A DNA stretch of 63,752 bases, filler included, from Pirum gemmata (GCA_002812295.1; 26 parts of 26 records of this genome joined end to end with filler, not necessarily neighbours in it); one strand, 5' to 3'. Shown: positions 1-13,220, counted from the whole stretch's first letter. The notes: generated from the letters alone by a model not told the origin. Program-made: numbers and translations.

Positions 1-49
1 TTATTATTTATTATTTACTATTTATTTATTATTTATTGTTTATTATTTA

Positions 50-745
50 TTAATTGATTAAAAATGGAGGGGGGGTTGAAGTGTTTTTAGGGTAAAATTC
101 GGTGTAATACGTCAGTTATTCAGTTATTCAGTTATTCATTTTATTCATTTGTTTAGATATTCATTCATTTAAATAATTCACGGTAATGGTTTCTTCATTG
201 TAAACTTCACTTCTTTGAGGCAAACTTTTGTTGAAACCATTATTTTATTCAGAGAAATACGTTTAAAAAAATCACTCAAAAAAATGATTTTACGAATTAA
301 AAAATGATGACATTCGCTAAATAAAAATGGAGGGGGGCGTTGTGGTGTTTTTAGGGTGTCATTTCCTGTGATAAATCAGTTATTCGTTTATCCAGTTATT
401 CAGTTATTCAGTTATGTATTTTATTCATTCGTTTAGTTTTCAAAATTTGTTTTAAATATTATTTTAACGAATGAATAATATACATAACTGAATATGTTAC
501 AAAAATCAAAAAATAATGACATTCACTAATTAAAAATGGAGGGGGGCGCTGAGGTGTTTTTAGTTCAGTTATTCATTTTATTAATACGTCTGTTATTCAG
601 TTATTCAGTTATTCATTCGTTTAGTTACTCATTCATTTAAATAACTCACATTAATAAAGGAATGGTTTCTTCATTATTAACTTCACTTCTTTTAGGTAAA
701 ATTTTGTTTAAAACATTATTATTAAAAAAGCGTTTAATCACTGGG
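50..745. repeat. Degenerate tandem triplication around the gene 3' end
   Basis: AAAAATGGAGGGGGG(C)G occurs at ~60, ~325 and ~532. Positions 170-275 are a diverged copy of 640-745, the last codons of the CDS. Confidence 0.75.
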
Positions 746-2133
746 ATAATAGGATTCATCAACTTACCACTGAAATAATGGTTAAGAACCCAAGAACAAA
801 CATAGGCCCACGCAACATAAGCTAATTGAACTAATATAATCGGTGGAACATCTTTTACGACGGATTTATAAGAAGCTTGTGATTCGGGTGATGGTAGGGC
901 TATTCCATAAGGAGGCATATGATAAGGAGCAGCATAAAGGCAGAGAGTAAGATGTAATAAGTAAAACTCTAATGATACTACCCCTATATTCATAATCATT
1001 GCATTTTCAAATATTAACTTACTTAAAAAGCTTCTGGTTGTAGTATATATGGCTAATAATAATAAGCAAAATGAAAATGGCTGGAAAAATGAAATTATAA
1101 TTAACTTATTAACTATATACAACCCCTTACCAAACATATTCTGATCATATAAACAAAAGACCGTGACAAAAAGAAAAATAACAATAACAGTTAATAAAAC
1201 TAAAGATCGTACTACATCAAAATTTTGATATTTTGTTATCACTGTCATCAACTTACTTCTCTTATTCTTATTATTATTATTGGATCTCAATTTCTTTTCA
1301 AATTTTAGCAAAAATAAACCCAGTAACAATCCATATATATAACTTTGCATATTAGCTAAAAAGAATAAGTATAAACCTGTGTCTGGTATTATATTTAGCA
1401 ATGGAACTGTAACACAAGTAATTGTAGCGAATATTGGGATTACAATTTTGCTTGATATTTTTGTTGTGGGTTTTACAATAATATAAACCAACATAGGTGT
1501 TAATAAAGAGAGTATCCATAGTAATGAAATGAACCAGTAAATATTTAAATAGCCAAATAAAACTTGTATACCACTTAAAGATAAAAGTAAGTCACGCGTA
1601 AAGTAGCTTGCTTTACTTGAGCCAAACGTTATGAGTGATCCAAAAAAAAATAGAATGGCAACAAGCCAAGTGGTTGGGAATAGAGATAGAAATTGAGACA
1701 AATAAAACTATTTCATATTTATTTATTTATTTTATTTATATATTACAATTAAAAAAAAAAAAAGGGGGGTTAGTAAATAATAACCAGAATTTTTTAAAAA
1801 AAAAAAAAATTAAAAAAAAAAAACAAAAAAACAAACATTAAAAAATAATTATTACTAACACCCAACTAACCACTAACAACTAACTATTAACCACTAACCT
1901 ACAAGTACTAGCCGCAAGTAATTAACCGAAAACTACCAACCGTAACAATTAACCACTACTAACCACTAATCACTAATCACTAATCACAAACCACTGACTA
2001 AAAGTCACCGACTAAAACCATTAACCACTAACCACTACACCCGCAACTACTAAACCATCAAAATAAGTACCTGTAAAGAGAACCTAAGTTTTCCTCTCCA
2101 ATCATCACTTTGCTCCTGAAATTTCAACATGGC
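646..2133 (-). CDS. Acyltransferase family 3 (OafA/NRF-6-like) multi-pass membrane protein, 5'-partial. Exons 2133-2071 and 1707-646.
   Basis: The 63-bp exon (cag|GCC...CAG|gt) joins the long exon (tag|TTT TAT) in phase 0, giving ...FSLQ|FYLSQF. This resembles the family's 'Q-F-Y-L' motif. The protein has many TM helices and C-terminal IGVVSLEFYLLH, resembling the family motif lGxxSYxxYLxH. Confidence 0.7.
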
Positions 2134-2270
2134 CTGGGTACAATAAAAAAAATAGAAAAAAAGATTATTATTATTATTATTATTAGCATTATTATTATTA
2201 TTAGCATTATTATTAGTATTATTATTAGTATTATTATTAGCATTATTATTATTATTATTATTATTATTAT

Positions 2271-2370
2271 NNNNNNNNNNNNNNNNNNNNNNNNNNNNNN
2301 NNNNNNNNNNNNNNTTAATTAATTAANNNNNNNNNNNNNNNNNNNNNNNNNNNNNNNNNNNNNNNNNNNN
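2271..2370. other. Artificial contig linker (44 N + TTAATTAATTAA + 44 N), first of 25. The others start at 4639, 7013, 9387, 11730, 14071, 17144, 19510, 21878, 25195, 27566, 29680, 32041, 34373, 36740, 39112, 42492, 44827, 47197, 49578, 51958, 54337, 56695, 59036 and 61405.
   Basis: An identical 100-bp block with stops in all six frames recurs every 2-3 kb, and genes and repeats are cut off at it. Confidence 0.97.
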
Positions 2371-2718
2371 TAGTATAAATAGTATAAATAGTATAAATAG
2401 TATAAATAGTATAAATAGTATAAATAGTATAAATAATATATATAGTATAAACAGTAAAAATAGTATAAATAGTATGAATAATATAAAAAACATAAATTAT
2501 ATAAATAATATAAATAATATAAATAATATAAATAATATAAATAATAAAAATAATATAAATAATATAAACAATTATACATAATATAAATAATAAAACTAGT
2601 ATAACTAGTATAAATAGTATATGAATAGTATAGATAATATAGGAATAGTATAAATAATATATGAATAGCATAAATAGTAAATGAATAGTATAAATAGTAT
2701 AAATAAAATATATCATAC

Positions 2719-4570
2719 TCAAATAGACGGTCAGCTGTTTGGGAACAACAATGAATAGGATTTCCAACTAAATTAATAGTAGAGTACTGTAAGGGATCTT
2801 CGTGTGCTGTAGCAATTTCAACCACTTCAATTTCACTTAATTTCTCTTTCTTCTGTAAGAACATAGTATTGGGTTTGGTAATATTTACTGTTTGGTACAA
2901 GTGAGAGTCAAATCGTTCGGGTTCATTTTTCTTGACAATCCGCTGCCGAAAAAAGTATAACATATCTTCTTTGATAGAAGCAAGATAATTATATTTTAGT
3001 GACAAAAAAACTAAATTTTTTACCGAAGTCAAAATGGCTGGTAGCTTTTTTAGTCTATTATGACCCAAATCCAAATGACGCAAAACATTCACTATCGGTT
3101 TCAAAGATTCGTTTGTAATCTTGTAGATTTTATTGTAAGATAATACTATAGTTGACAGCTTGGGAGTATGAGCAAAGCATGAATTATTAAATATGTTGAT
3201 TTCGTTATTATTAATTGATAACATTTCTAAATTTTCACAATATTGAAAACTATTAGTGTCAATGTTTGTTATCTTATTATTACTTATATCTAATTTACGG
3301 AGAGATTTCAAATACGAAATTCCTTCTGGGATTTCGTTTAACAAGTTTTGGTACAGAAAAATTTCTTTAGCCGTATTTTTTAAAGGTATAAATGCTTTTT
3401 TTGGTATTTCACCAATTGAATTGTTCGATAAAGATAGCGTTTCTAAGGACGGCATATTCGCAAATTGTTGTTCTTCGATTTCGGATATCTTGTTAGCATT
3501 TATAAAAAAGTATTTTAGGTTAGGCAAATTAATGTCAGTTGGTAATTCACTTAGTAAATTTTTCGTTAAATATAATGTTTGTAAAACTCCATTATCACGA
3601 AAACTCAAACTACTTATCTGGGTAATAGAATTAAACCCCAAATGTAACCACGACAATCGAAAAAGTTTTTCGAAACTCGAGTCTCCGATAATACGAATTT
3701 GATTGTTATTTAGCAATACCCAGGTAAGATAACTTGTAGATCTTAAATTAGGAACGGCAGTGAGTAAGTTAAAACTTAGAGACAATCTCATCAATTTTTT
3801 TAAGGATCGGAAGGTATCGTTATGTACATGTTCTATCCTGTTATTACCAAGGTTCAATTCTAATAACGACGTGCACTTTGTAAAACTAGCGGAGGTTAGA
3901 CTTGTTATCCTATTACCATCTACAGACAAGCTAACCAATTTTGTCATTTCGGCAATGTCTGAGGGTAAATCCTTCAAGTTATTCCCGTCTAGGTAAATAA
4001 CATGTAGATCAAGGGCATCAAGGGGAAAAGTGTTTTTATGAATTGTTGATATTTCATTATTATTGAGTCTTATTGAGAAAAGTTTTTTACAATTTGGAAA
4101 AGCATTGGAAGGAATAGTTCTGATGTTATTAGAATTAAGTGATAAAAAGACAAGACTCCAGTTTTGACACAAAGGTATAACTTCAGTAATATTATTAAAA
4201 CTCAATTCCAGCCACCACAATTTAAGATGTGATAAAATACTTGGCATTTTTGAAAACTTATTTTCTGATAAATTTAAACTCAACACTTTGGAAGACAATG
4301 GTCCCAACTCTTTCAAGCTAATTGAGGTTAAACTGTTTTTATTTAATATAAGCTCCGTGGCCACCAAACAATTGTGAAAGGCTTTCTCGTGAATACTCTT
4401 GACCCCAAAACTAGTGAAGATTAACTCGGTACAAACACAAGGGCTGTTTTCGTGTATCTGTTTTCTTTCTAATCTTCCATTTTCACTAACTTTAAACATG
4501 AAAAGCGAAGAGTCTTTGAATTTATAATGACAATGTTCTATTAATGTTGAATTAATTTGCGAATTATTCA
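2719..4570 (-). CDS. Extracellular-type leucine-rich repeat protein (about 20 typical LRRs), one large exon, partial
   Basis: Repeated LxxLxLxxNxI/L units, an N-terminal PCVC cap-like motif and an LRRCT-like INLVGNPIHCC. A probable donor (GA|GTATGA) lies at 2718. The ORF beyond it is (TATTTATAC)n intron repeat. The start is uncertain (ATG at 4570). Confidence 0.9.
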
Positions 4571-4606
4571 TTTTTAGATTATGTGGCAAAGATTATTGAT
4601 AATATC

Positions 4607-4638
<32 letters not shown>

Positions 4639-4738
4639 NNNNNNNNNNNNNNNNNNNNNNNNNNNNNNNNNNNNNNNNNNNNTTAATTAATTAANNNNNN
4701 NNNNNNNNNNNNNNNNNNNNNNNNNNNNNNNNNNNNNN

Positions 4739-5304
4739 AGTAATAGTAATAGTAATAGTAATAGTAATACCAATAGTAATACCAATAGTAATACCAATAG
4801 TAATACTAATAGTAATGGTGGTAATAGTAATGGTAATGGTATTCGTAATCATTATTGTAAAACTAATAGTAATAGTAATCGTAATTGTAACCATAATCGT
4901 AATCGTAATAGTCATAGTAATAGTAATAGTAGTAGTAATAGTAATAGTAAGGGAAATAGTAAGGGAAATTGTATAGTAATAGTAATAGTAATAGTAATAG
5001 TAATAGCAATAGTAATAGTATGGTAATAGTAATAGTAATAGTAATAGTAATAGTAATAGTAATAGTAATAGTAATAGATATAGTAATAGATATAGTAATA
5101 ATAATAGTAATAGCAATAGTAATAGCAATAGTAATAGTAATAGTAATGGTAATAGTAATAGTAATAGAGGTAGTAGTAATCATAACAAAAGTAATTATAA
5201 TAGTAATAGTAATAGTAGTAGTAGCAGTAACAGCAATAGTAATAGTAATAGTAATAGTAATAGTAATAGTAATAGTAATAGTAATAGTAATAGTAATAGT
5301 AATA

Positions 5305-5336
<32 letters not shown>

Positions 5337-5900
5337 TAGTAATNNNNNNNNNNNNNNNNNNNNNNNNNNNNNNNNNNNNNNNNNNNNNNNNNNNNNNNNN
5401 NNNNNNNNNNNNNNNNNNNNNNNNNNNNNNNNNNNNNNNNNNNNNNNNNNNNNNNATAGTAATAGTCATAGTCATAGTCATAGTCATAGTCATAGTCATA
5501 GTAATAGTAATAGTAATAGTAATAGTAATAGTAATAGTAATAGTAATAGTAATAGTAATGTAATTGTAATAGTAATAGTAATAGTAATACTAATACTAAT
5601 AGTAATAAAAGTAATAGTAATAGTAATAGTAATAGTAATAGTAATAGTAATAGTAATAGTAATAGTAATAGTAACTGTAATAGTAATAGTAACTGTAATA
5701 GTATTAGTGTTAATAATAGTAATAGTGATAGTAATAGTATTAAATAGTAATAGTAATAGTCATAGTCATAGGCATAGTAATAGTAATAGTAATAGTAATA
5801 GTAATAGTAATAGTAATAGTAATAGTAATAGTAATAGTAATGTAATTGTAATAGGAATAGTAATAGTAACAGTTATAGTCAGTAATAGTAATAGTAAGTA
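4739..5900. repeat. (AGTAAT)n hexamer microsatellite array
   Basis: Visible directly, with AGTCAT and AGCAAT variants and an internal N gap. Confidence 0.95.
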
Positions 5901-6061
5901 GTAATTATTATTACTATTACTATTATTATAATTATTATTTCTATCACTATACTTATTTTATTATTACTAAAAATAATAAACCTAAAATTTGAACTTCAAT
6001 AAACCGAGAGACTAAAGATTCAGAGCAAATCACGTGATCAATCCTCATCCCTTTCCCATAG

Positions 6062-6845
6062 TATTTTCCGGCCTCGGCTGTGGATTTTCCTGGTGTACCT
6101 CTCCAGGTATAAAGGGGCTATTAACCATAACATAATTGTTTAGTTTGCTTAGTGTTGTTGTTGTTGTTGTTGCTGTCGTGGTTGTTCTTGTTGTTGCTGT
6201 CGTGGTTGTTGTTGGTTGTTGTTGTTTGTTGTCGTTGTCGTCGCTGTTGTTTGTCGTTTGTTGTTGTTGCTGTTGTTGTTGTTTGTTATGTTGTTTGTCG
6301 TTTGTTGTTGTTGCTGTTGTTTGTTGTTTGTTGTTTGTTGTTTGTTGTTTGTTGTTTGTTGTTTGTTGTGAGTTGTTTGTTGTTTGTTGCTGTGGGTTGT
6401 TTGCTGTTGTGGGTTGTTTGTTGTTGTGGGTTGTTTGTTGTTGTGGGTTGTGTTGTTGTGTTGTTGTGTTGTTGTGGGTTGTGGGTTGTGGGTTGTGGGT
6501 TGTGGGTTGTGGGTTGTGGGTTGTGGGTTGTTGTTGTGTGTCGTCGGCTGTTGTTGGTTGTTGGTTGTTGATTGTTGATTGTTTGTTTTTGATTGTTGGT
6601 TGTTGGTTGTTAGTAGTATTACTAGTAATATAAATAGTAATAGTAGTTAGTAGTTATACCCATTATTCGTGTTAGTATTAGTATTAGTAGTGTTTTTTTT
6701 CTTATTTATCATATGATTTTTATTATTATTAAGTATTACTTTAGTATTGTTTTTTGTGTTAATCAATCCCTATTTTCCTCATTTATGAATTTTTGAATTT
6801 AAACAGTTAGAGCAGACTTGAACGTGAAAGCCACAACTACAGCAG
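6062..6845 (+). CDS. Two small internal exons (6062-6106, 6807-6845) of an unknown gene: FSGLGCGFSWCTSPVRADLNVKATTTA
   Basis: AG/GT boundaries, compatible phase-1 junction and higher GC than the flanks. The intron is (GTT)n/(GTGGGTT)n. Confidence 0.45.
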
Positions 6846-6942
6846 GTTTAATTTATAGCCTAACCCTAACCCTAACTATAACAACAACCCTAACCCTAAC
6901 CATAACCATAACAAACCCTAATCCTAACCCTCAACCCTAACC

Positions 6943-6988
<46 letters not shown>

Positions 6989-8204
6989 ACCCTAAACCCT
7001 AAACCCTCAACCNNNNNNNNNNNNNNNNNNNNNNNNNNNNNNNNNNNNNNNNNNNNTTAATTAATTAANNNNNNNNNNNNNNNNNNNNNNNNNNNNNNNN
7101 NNNNNNNNNNNNGGCTGGAAAATCTATGGGACTGGGCAGTGGGCTCGAGCGAGAGAATTTGACGGATTGGACAACTCTGATCCAGACAATGGTGCGTAGT
7201 GCATACTACTAGCATACTACTTATAGTACTCTACTAGTACTAGACTATTACAGGCCGTACGTTCCCGTAGTCCTAGACTAATTTAGTAATCCAATAGTTA
7301 TCATTATATTGTGGTTTTCACTAATTTATCACTGTAAATCTATTTAGCTGGTTATAATATTTAAATTGAAACTTTGAAAATAAATAAATAGATATAAAAA
7401 CATACCAAATTTTAAAAATTAAATGGTTTTATATTGTATTGTAAACTATTTGGTACTATTTATTGTATATTTATGACTAAAAAGCACTAGTCTATATTTA
7501 GTGAGTTAGTAGAAATAATAGTTATTTTATTGGTTGTTTTTTAAAATCCATTTTCTTCTTTGTATAAATTCTATTGGTTATATTTTTTTGATCTTTTTCC
7601 CTAAGGTCCCTAACCCTAATCCTAATCATCTTGCCCTAATCATTTTTTAAAAAAATTATTTATGTTTAATTTTTAACTATATTAATATGATTTATGATTT
7701 AAATTATTATTGATATTTATCAAATAATCAACTCATAATATTAATTACAACATTTACACCCTTTTCAATAGAGGTTTCGCAATTCCTAATTTTCAAGAGA
7801 GAGTTTTTCACAATTTACAAATTTTCCATTTTCTTATTCTATTTATACTATTCATTACGATAGATTTAACCACTACCACTCCGTTCACACTTGGTATACT
7901 ATTCACTCTTGATAGACTATTCAACAATGTATAATCATAATAAGTACAATTATTATTATTATTATAATCAATATACTTAAAATATACAATCAATATTAAT
8001 CATTAATTCAATTATTCATTATATTTGCAGCATTCAATTAATCATTACACATTCAACACACATTCAATTAAACTAACTAGTACTCAATCATTAATTCTAT
8101 TATTTATTCCTCTTATAATCATTCAATTAATCTATATTCAATTATTCATTATTCTTACAATCATTAAATCATTCTATATTCTCAATCTATTTTTCATTCA
8201 ATAT

Positions 8205-8386
8205 TATCGTGCTTTTCAGTTGTTTTGTCATCATAAAATATACAATAAAGAGTACCAAATTAAAACCATATAAATCCATTTCAAGTAATTATATTATCTA
8301 TTTATTCATTTAAAAATGACAACTTTTAAATATTATAACCAACCAAATAAATATTCAGAGTGACAAAATAAATGAAAAGCACTATA
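8205..8386. mobile_element. MITE family E (~180 bp, TIR TCGTGCTTTTCA, TA-flanked). Other copies at ~7310-7490, 12112-12297, 13487-13589, 15938-16028, 24544-24703, 33021-33190, 47841-47980 and 54535-54706.
   Basis: About nine copies on different contigs share the internal sequence (TTTTGTCACTC.GAATATTTATTTGG..GGTTATAAT...AATTTGGTACT.TTTATTGTA). Ends are inverted and flanked by TA, as in Tc1/mariner-type MITEs. Confidence 0.85.
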
Positions 8387-9564
8387 CTACAACACAATTT
8401 TAATTAATCAATTAATTCTATTATTCATAATTATGCATTAATTACTCTTACAATCATTCAATCAATCGATATTCAATTATTCATTTTTTCTTACAATAAT
8501 TAAATCATTCTATATTCTCAATCTATTCTACATTTAATATACTACAACACAATTAATCAATACTACTACAACTCTACTACAACCATATATTACAACTACA
8601 ACCAAACAATACTACCACAACCAACATTACATATGCATACTACAACTACAACCATACAATACTACTACAACCAACATAACATACTGCAACTACAACCATA
8701 CAATACTACCACAACCAACATTACATATGCATACTACAACTACAAACATACAATACTACTACAACCAACATTACATTCACTTTCATTCAATTCATACATT
8801 CAATTCATACATTCAGTTTATACATTTAGTTAAGTTTTACAACAAGAAACTTTAATTAACAACTATTATTTGGCCAGAATACTAATCATATAAGAAAACT
8901 TTTAACATCCAATTATTATAATATTAATTAAAAGTACAGTTATTACTATTATTATTATTCTATAGACTATAAACAAGTACACTTTAGTTTAGACTATACC
9001 TTTTAATCTATTACTATTATTAATAAAAACAATCATGTCAATTGTTACAAAAACAGTAGTACAATTGAAACATTTCAAACACTTTTGAAAATTATTTGAT
9101 CAGAATAATTTCCACATGTTCAAAGTCGAGCTACAACTATTTGCTCGCTACCTCGTTTACCTCGCTACACAACTTCCTATCTCGCTACACAAAATTTATT
9201 ACTTGCAACACAAAATAAATTTTGACTACCCTAACCCTAACCACCAATAATATTAATAATAATAGCAATAACAATATGATAATAATAACAATAACAATAA
9301 CAACAACAATAATAATAATAATAACTAAAACTATAACTGTAACACTAATAATAACAATAATAACAATAATAACAATAATAATAATANNNNNNNNNNNNNN
9401 NNNNNNNNNNNNNNNNNNNNNNNNNNNNNNTTAATTAATTAANNNNNNNNNNNNNNNNNNNNNNNNNNNNNNNNNNNNNNNNNNNNTTTCTTTCTTTCTT
9501 TCTTTCTTTCTTTCTTTATTTCTTTATTTCTTTATTTCTTTATTTCTTTATTTCTTTATTACAG

Positions 9565-10942
9565 GAGCTTTCGATGAAAATTTTATTCCAGTAACTTTTC
9601 AATTATCTAAAAACAAAAATTTGCATAACCCATGTCCAAATATTGGTTAGCAATCGAACCTAACCCTAACGCTAACCCTAACCTTAACCCCAACTCTAAC
9701 CCTAACCCTAACCTTAACCCTAACCCTAACCTTAACCTTAACCTTAACCTTAACCTTAACCTTAAACTAAACCTTAAACTAAAGCTTAACTACACTTTAA
9801 GAAAACACCAAAATTTTCAAATTATTGTAATAGTAGTACTGATAAGTAAAGATAATAATAATAAAAAAAATAATCAACATATTATTGATTTGAATAATGG
9901 TAATGTTAAGGTCAGGGGTTAGGGGTTAAAGGTTAGGGGTTAGGGACTAGGGACTAGGGTTCAGGGGTTAGGGTTAGGGTTAGGGTTAGGGTTAGGGTAA
10001 AGGTTAGGGTTAGAATAAAATAACCAACATATTGTTACTGATCTGAATAATGATGTTAAGGGTTAATGGTTAGCGGTTAGCGGTTAGCGGTTAGCGGTTA
10101 GCGGTTAGCGGTTAGCGGTTAGCGGTTAGCGGTTCGAGTTAGGGTTAGGGTTAGGGTTAGAGTTAGGGTCAGGGTTAAGGTTAAGGTTAAGAACTTTTCA
10201 GATAATGATAATAATAATAATAGTGATGAGTAAGGATAAAGATAATGATTATAGTAGTCAACATAATGATTTGGATAATGGTAATTATAATTTAGGTTTT
10301 AGGGTTAGCGTTAGGGTTAGGGTAGGGGTTAGGGCAAGGGTTAGGGTTAGGGTTGGGATTAGGGTAAGGGTTAGGATTAGGGTTAGGGTTGGGGTTGGGG
10401 TTGGGGTTCGGATTAGGTTTAGGTTTAGGTTTAAGTTTAGAGGTAGGGTTAGGGTTAGGGTTAGGGTTAAGGTTAAGGTTAGGGTTAGAATTAGGGTTAG
10501 GGTTCGAGTTAGGGTGATAAATAGCATCACGGGTGATAAATAGCATTACGTTTTAATAGATAGTAATATTAGGAATAAGAGGGTTAGGGTTAGGGTTAGG
10601 GCTCGTATAAGATAGACTCCGTTATGGTTAAGGTTAGGGTTAGGGTTATGGTTAGGGGTAGGGTTAGCGTTAGCGTTAGCGTTAGCGTTAGCGTTAGCGT
10701 TAGCGTTAGCGTTAGCGTTAGCGTTAGCGTTAGCGTTAGCGTTAGCGTAAGGGCCAGGGTGATAAATAGCATTACGTGTTTTAATTAGATAACAATATTA
10801 GAAATAAGGTAGACTTTGATAATAATGTTATTTTATATGTAGCTACAGCTTTTTATGCATACAACATCCCTGAAGCCTGTTTAAGTCAGACAGTAATCGA
10901 GAAGGAACAATTGAGGTTGGATTTAGAAAAATGGAAAGAAAT

Positions 10943-10985
<43 letters not shown>

Positions 10986-11270
10986 GAGCAAGAGCAAGAA
11001 AAACTACAAGANGCGTTAGCGTTAGCGTTAGCGTTAGCGTTAGCGTTAGCGTTAGCGTTAGCGTTAGCGTTAGCGTAAGGGCCAGGGTGATAAATAGCAT
11101 TACGTGTTTTAATTAGATAACAATATTAGAAATAAGGTAGACTTTGATAATAATGTTATTTTATATGTAGCTACAGCTTTTTATGCATACAACATCCCTG
11201 AAGCCTGTTTAAGTCAGACAGTAATCGAGAAGGAACAATTGAGGTTGGATTTAGAAAAATGGAAAGAAAT

Positions 11271-11313
<43 letters not shown>

Positions 11314-11338
11314 GAGCAAGAGCAAGAAAAACTACAAG

Positions 11339-11400
<62 letters not shown>

Positions 11401-11425
11401 GAGCAAGAGCAAGAAAAACTACAAG

Positions 11426-11462
<37 letters not shown>

Positions 11463-11639
11463 CCAACACCAACACCAACACCAACACGCGATGAATAATG
11501 AAGTTCAATCGGAAAAAATAAAACTTTTTGTTTATCAATTTAAAAAGTTTTCTCAACCTCATACCCCTGAATTACTTGGGCAAACGATGACAAAATGCTC
11601 TCAATTAATGTGTTTATTGACATTTAAAAAATTGAAAAG
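9565..11639 (+). CDS. Two internal exons (9565-9645 and ~11171-11639) of an unknown poly-Q-containing protein
   Basis: cag|GA...ATT G|gttagc joins tag|CT in phase 1, giving [62 protein letters not shown]. The intron is filled with telomere-type repeats. Confidence 0.6.
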
Positions 11640-13039
11640 GTTTTATTTATATTTATGGTTAGGGTTAGGGTAAGGGTAAGGGTAAGTGTTAGGGTAAGGG
11701 TTAGGGTTAGGGTTAGGGTTAAGGTCAGGNNNNNNNNNNNNNNNNNNNNNNNNNNNNNNNNNNNNNNNNNNNNTTAATTAATTAANNNNNNNNNNNNNNN
11801 NNNNNNNNNNNNNNNNNNNNNNNNNNNNNATTTTTTTTTTTATTTTTATTTTTATTTTTATTTTTATTTTTATTTTTTTTTTTATTTTTTTTATTTTTAT
11901 TTTTATTTTTATTTTTATTTTTATCTTGAGAAAATCGTGGAATTCGAAGTTTGATTTTTACTTTGATTTTTACAATAATTTTATTTTACTATCGTAGTAT
12001 CGTAGTAGCTAGTCTATCGTAGTCTTATCGTGTTGAAACTGGTTTTCAATAAACTGACAAAACAACTGAAAAGCACGATATCTACTATCTAGTCTATTAT
12101 CTATTATAGACTAGCGCTTTTCATTTATTTTGTCACTCCGAATAATTATTTGGTTGGTTATAGTTTTTAATTGGCATTTTTAAATTAATAAATGGATAAT
12201 AAAATATACGAAATTAAATAAAATGGGTTTGTATTGTATTAATTTGGTACTCTTTATTGTAGATTTTATGATGACAAAACAACTGAAAAGCGCGATAAAC
12301 TATATTTTTTTAAAAAAATATATATATCTGATAATTATTAGTCTATGATAAATCGATGTGATAGACTAACATCTATAAGTATCTATAGCTAGGCTAGGCT
12401 AGCTAGTCTATGGATTTTTACTGGGGCAAAAACTTCAACTGAGGTGCACAATGTACTGTATACACTAGCTAGCTAGACTAGCTAGTACTGCGTACATATT
12501 ATCCTAACCCTATTTACCCTATTAAACCCTAACCCTAACCCTAACCCCAACCTTAACCCTAACCTTAACCCTAACCCTAACCCTAACCCTAACCCTAACC
12601 CTAACCCTAACCCTAACCCTAAACCTAAACCTAAACCTAAACCTAACCCTAACCTTCCTATTAGTCCCAAAGGACTATTGATACATTCTACACACAGACA
12701 ATTCTACATCCAAATTTTATCATTGGTATTAATATAATATTTGGAAGTATTTAGAGAATTTGGGATCAGAACTGGATCAGAGCTATTTATGATTATATAA
12801 GAAAGATTATAATATATATATAAGACATCTTTTATTATTTATTTATATATAATATAATATATAAAATATATGCCGACACCTTGCTGGCACTTTCAAAAGA
12901 ACGCCTGTTATTACTATATCTCAAGTAGACTATATCTCACGTTAATAAAATTCCAGCAAGGACTTCAAAAAAAATTTTAGTCTGCTGTGAAAATTCGAAA
13001 TAAAATTCTAAAATACTATGATATATTAATATTAATTAA

Positions 13040-13220
13040 TATCGTGTTTTTCCAGTTCAAAAACTGAAATAATATTAATCGTACCAAATTATTATTATGG
13101 TTAAACTATCAGGCATGTTTTAATTAATTTGGTATTTTATACTTTATGTTGTATTTTATAAACAAGTTCAATTATACACTTAAACAGTACCCAATTAAAG
13201 ATTGAGAGAACAACTGTGAT
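13040..13220. mobile_element. MITE family F (end TATCGTGTTTTTC, related to family E). Other copies at ~36300-36478, 36520-36706 (inverted) and ~53826-53948.
   Basis: Shared core CCAAATTAT...TATGGTTAAACTAT..G.CATGTTTT.ATTAATTTGGTA. Confidence 0.65.

Noticed and set aside
2315..2326. Regularly spaced TTAATTAATTAA with ~2.3-kb periodicity as a biological repeat or array
   Set aside because: It is always centred in 88 Ns and carries stops in all frames, so it is an artificial concatenation linker. Adjacency between fragments carries no synteny information.
4691..6633. Long low-complexity ORFs (poly-IT/VI, CCLLFVV, LTLT, PYPY), here and at 21.3, 26.5, 34.8, 40.5, 49.6-51.9, 52.2, 57.3, 59.1 and 63 kb
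   Set aside because: They are translations of microsatellites, open in several frames and on both strands.
7113..7199. GC-rich stretch encoding GWKIYGTGQWARAREFDGLDNSDPDNGA*
   Set aside because: It may be an exon end, but it is cut by the contig boundary and too short to support a call.
10675..11340. Exact tandem duplication of an exon start (10675-11011 versus 11013-11340)
   Set aside because: The copies are identical and joined at a single n (11012), typical of an unmerged scaffold overlap.
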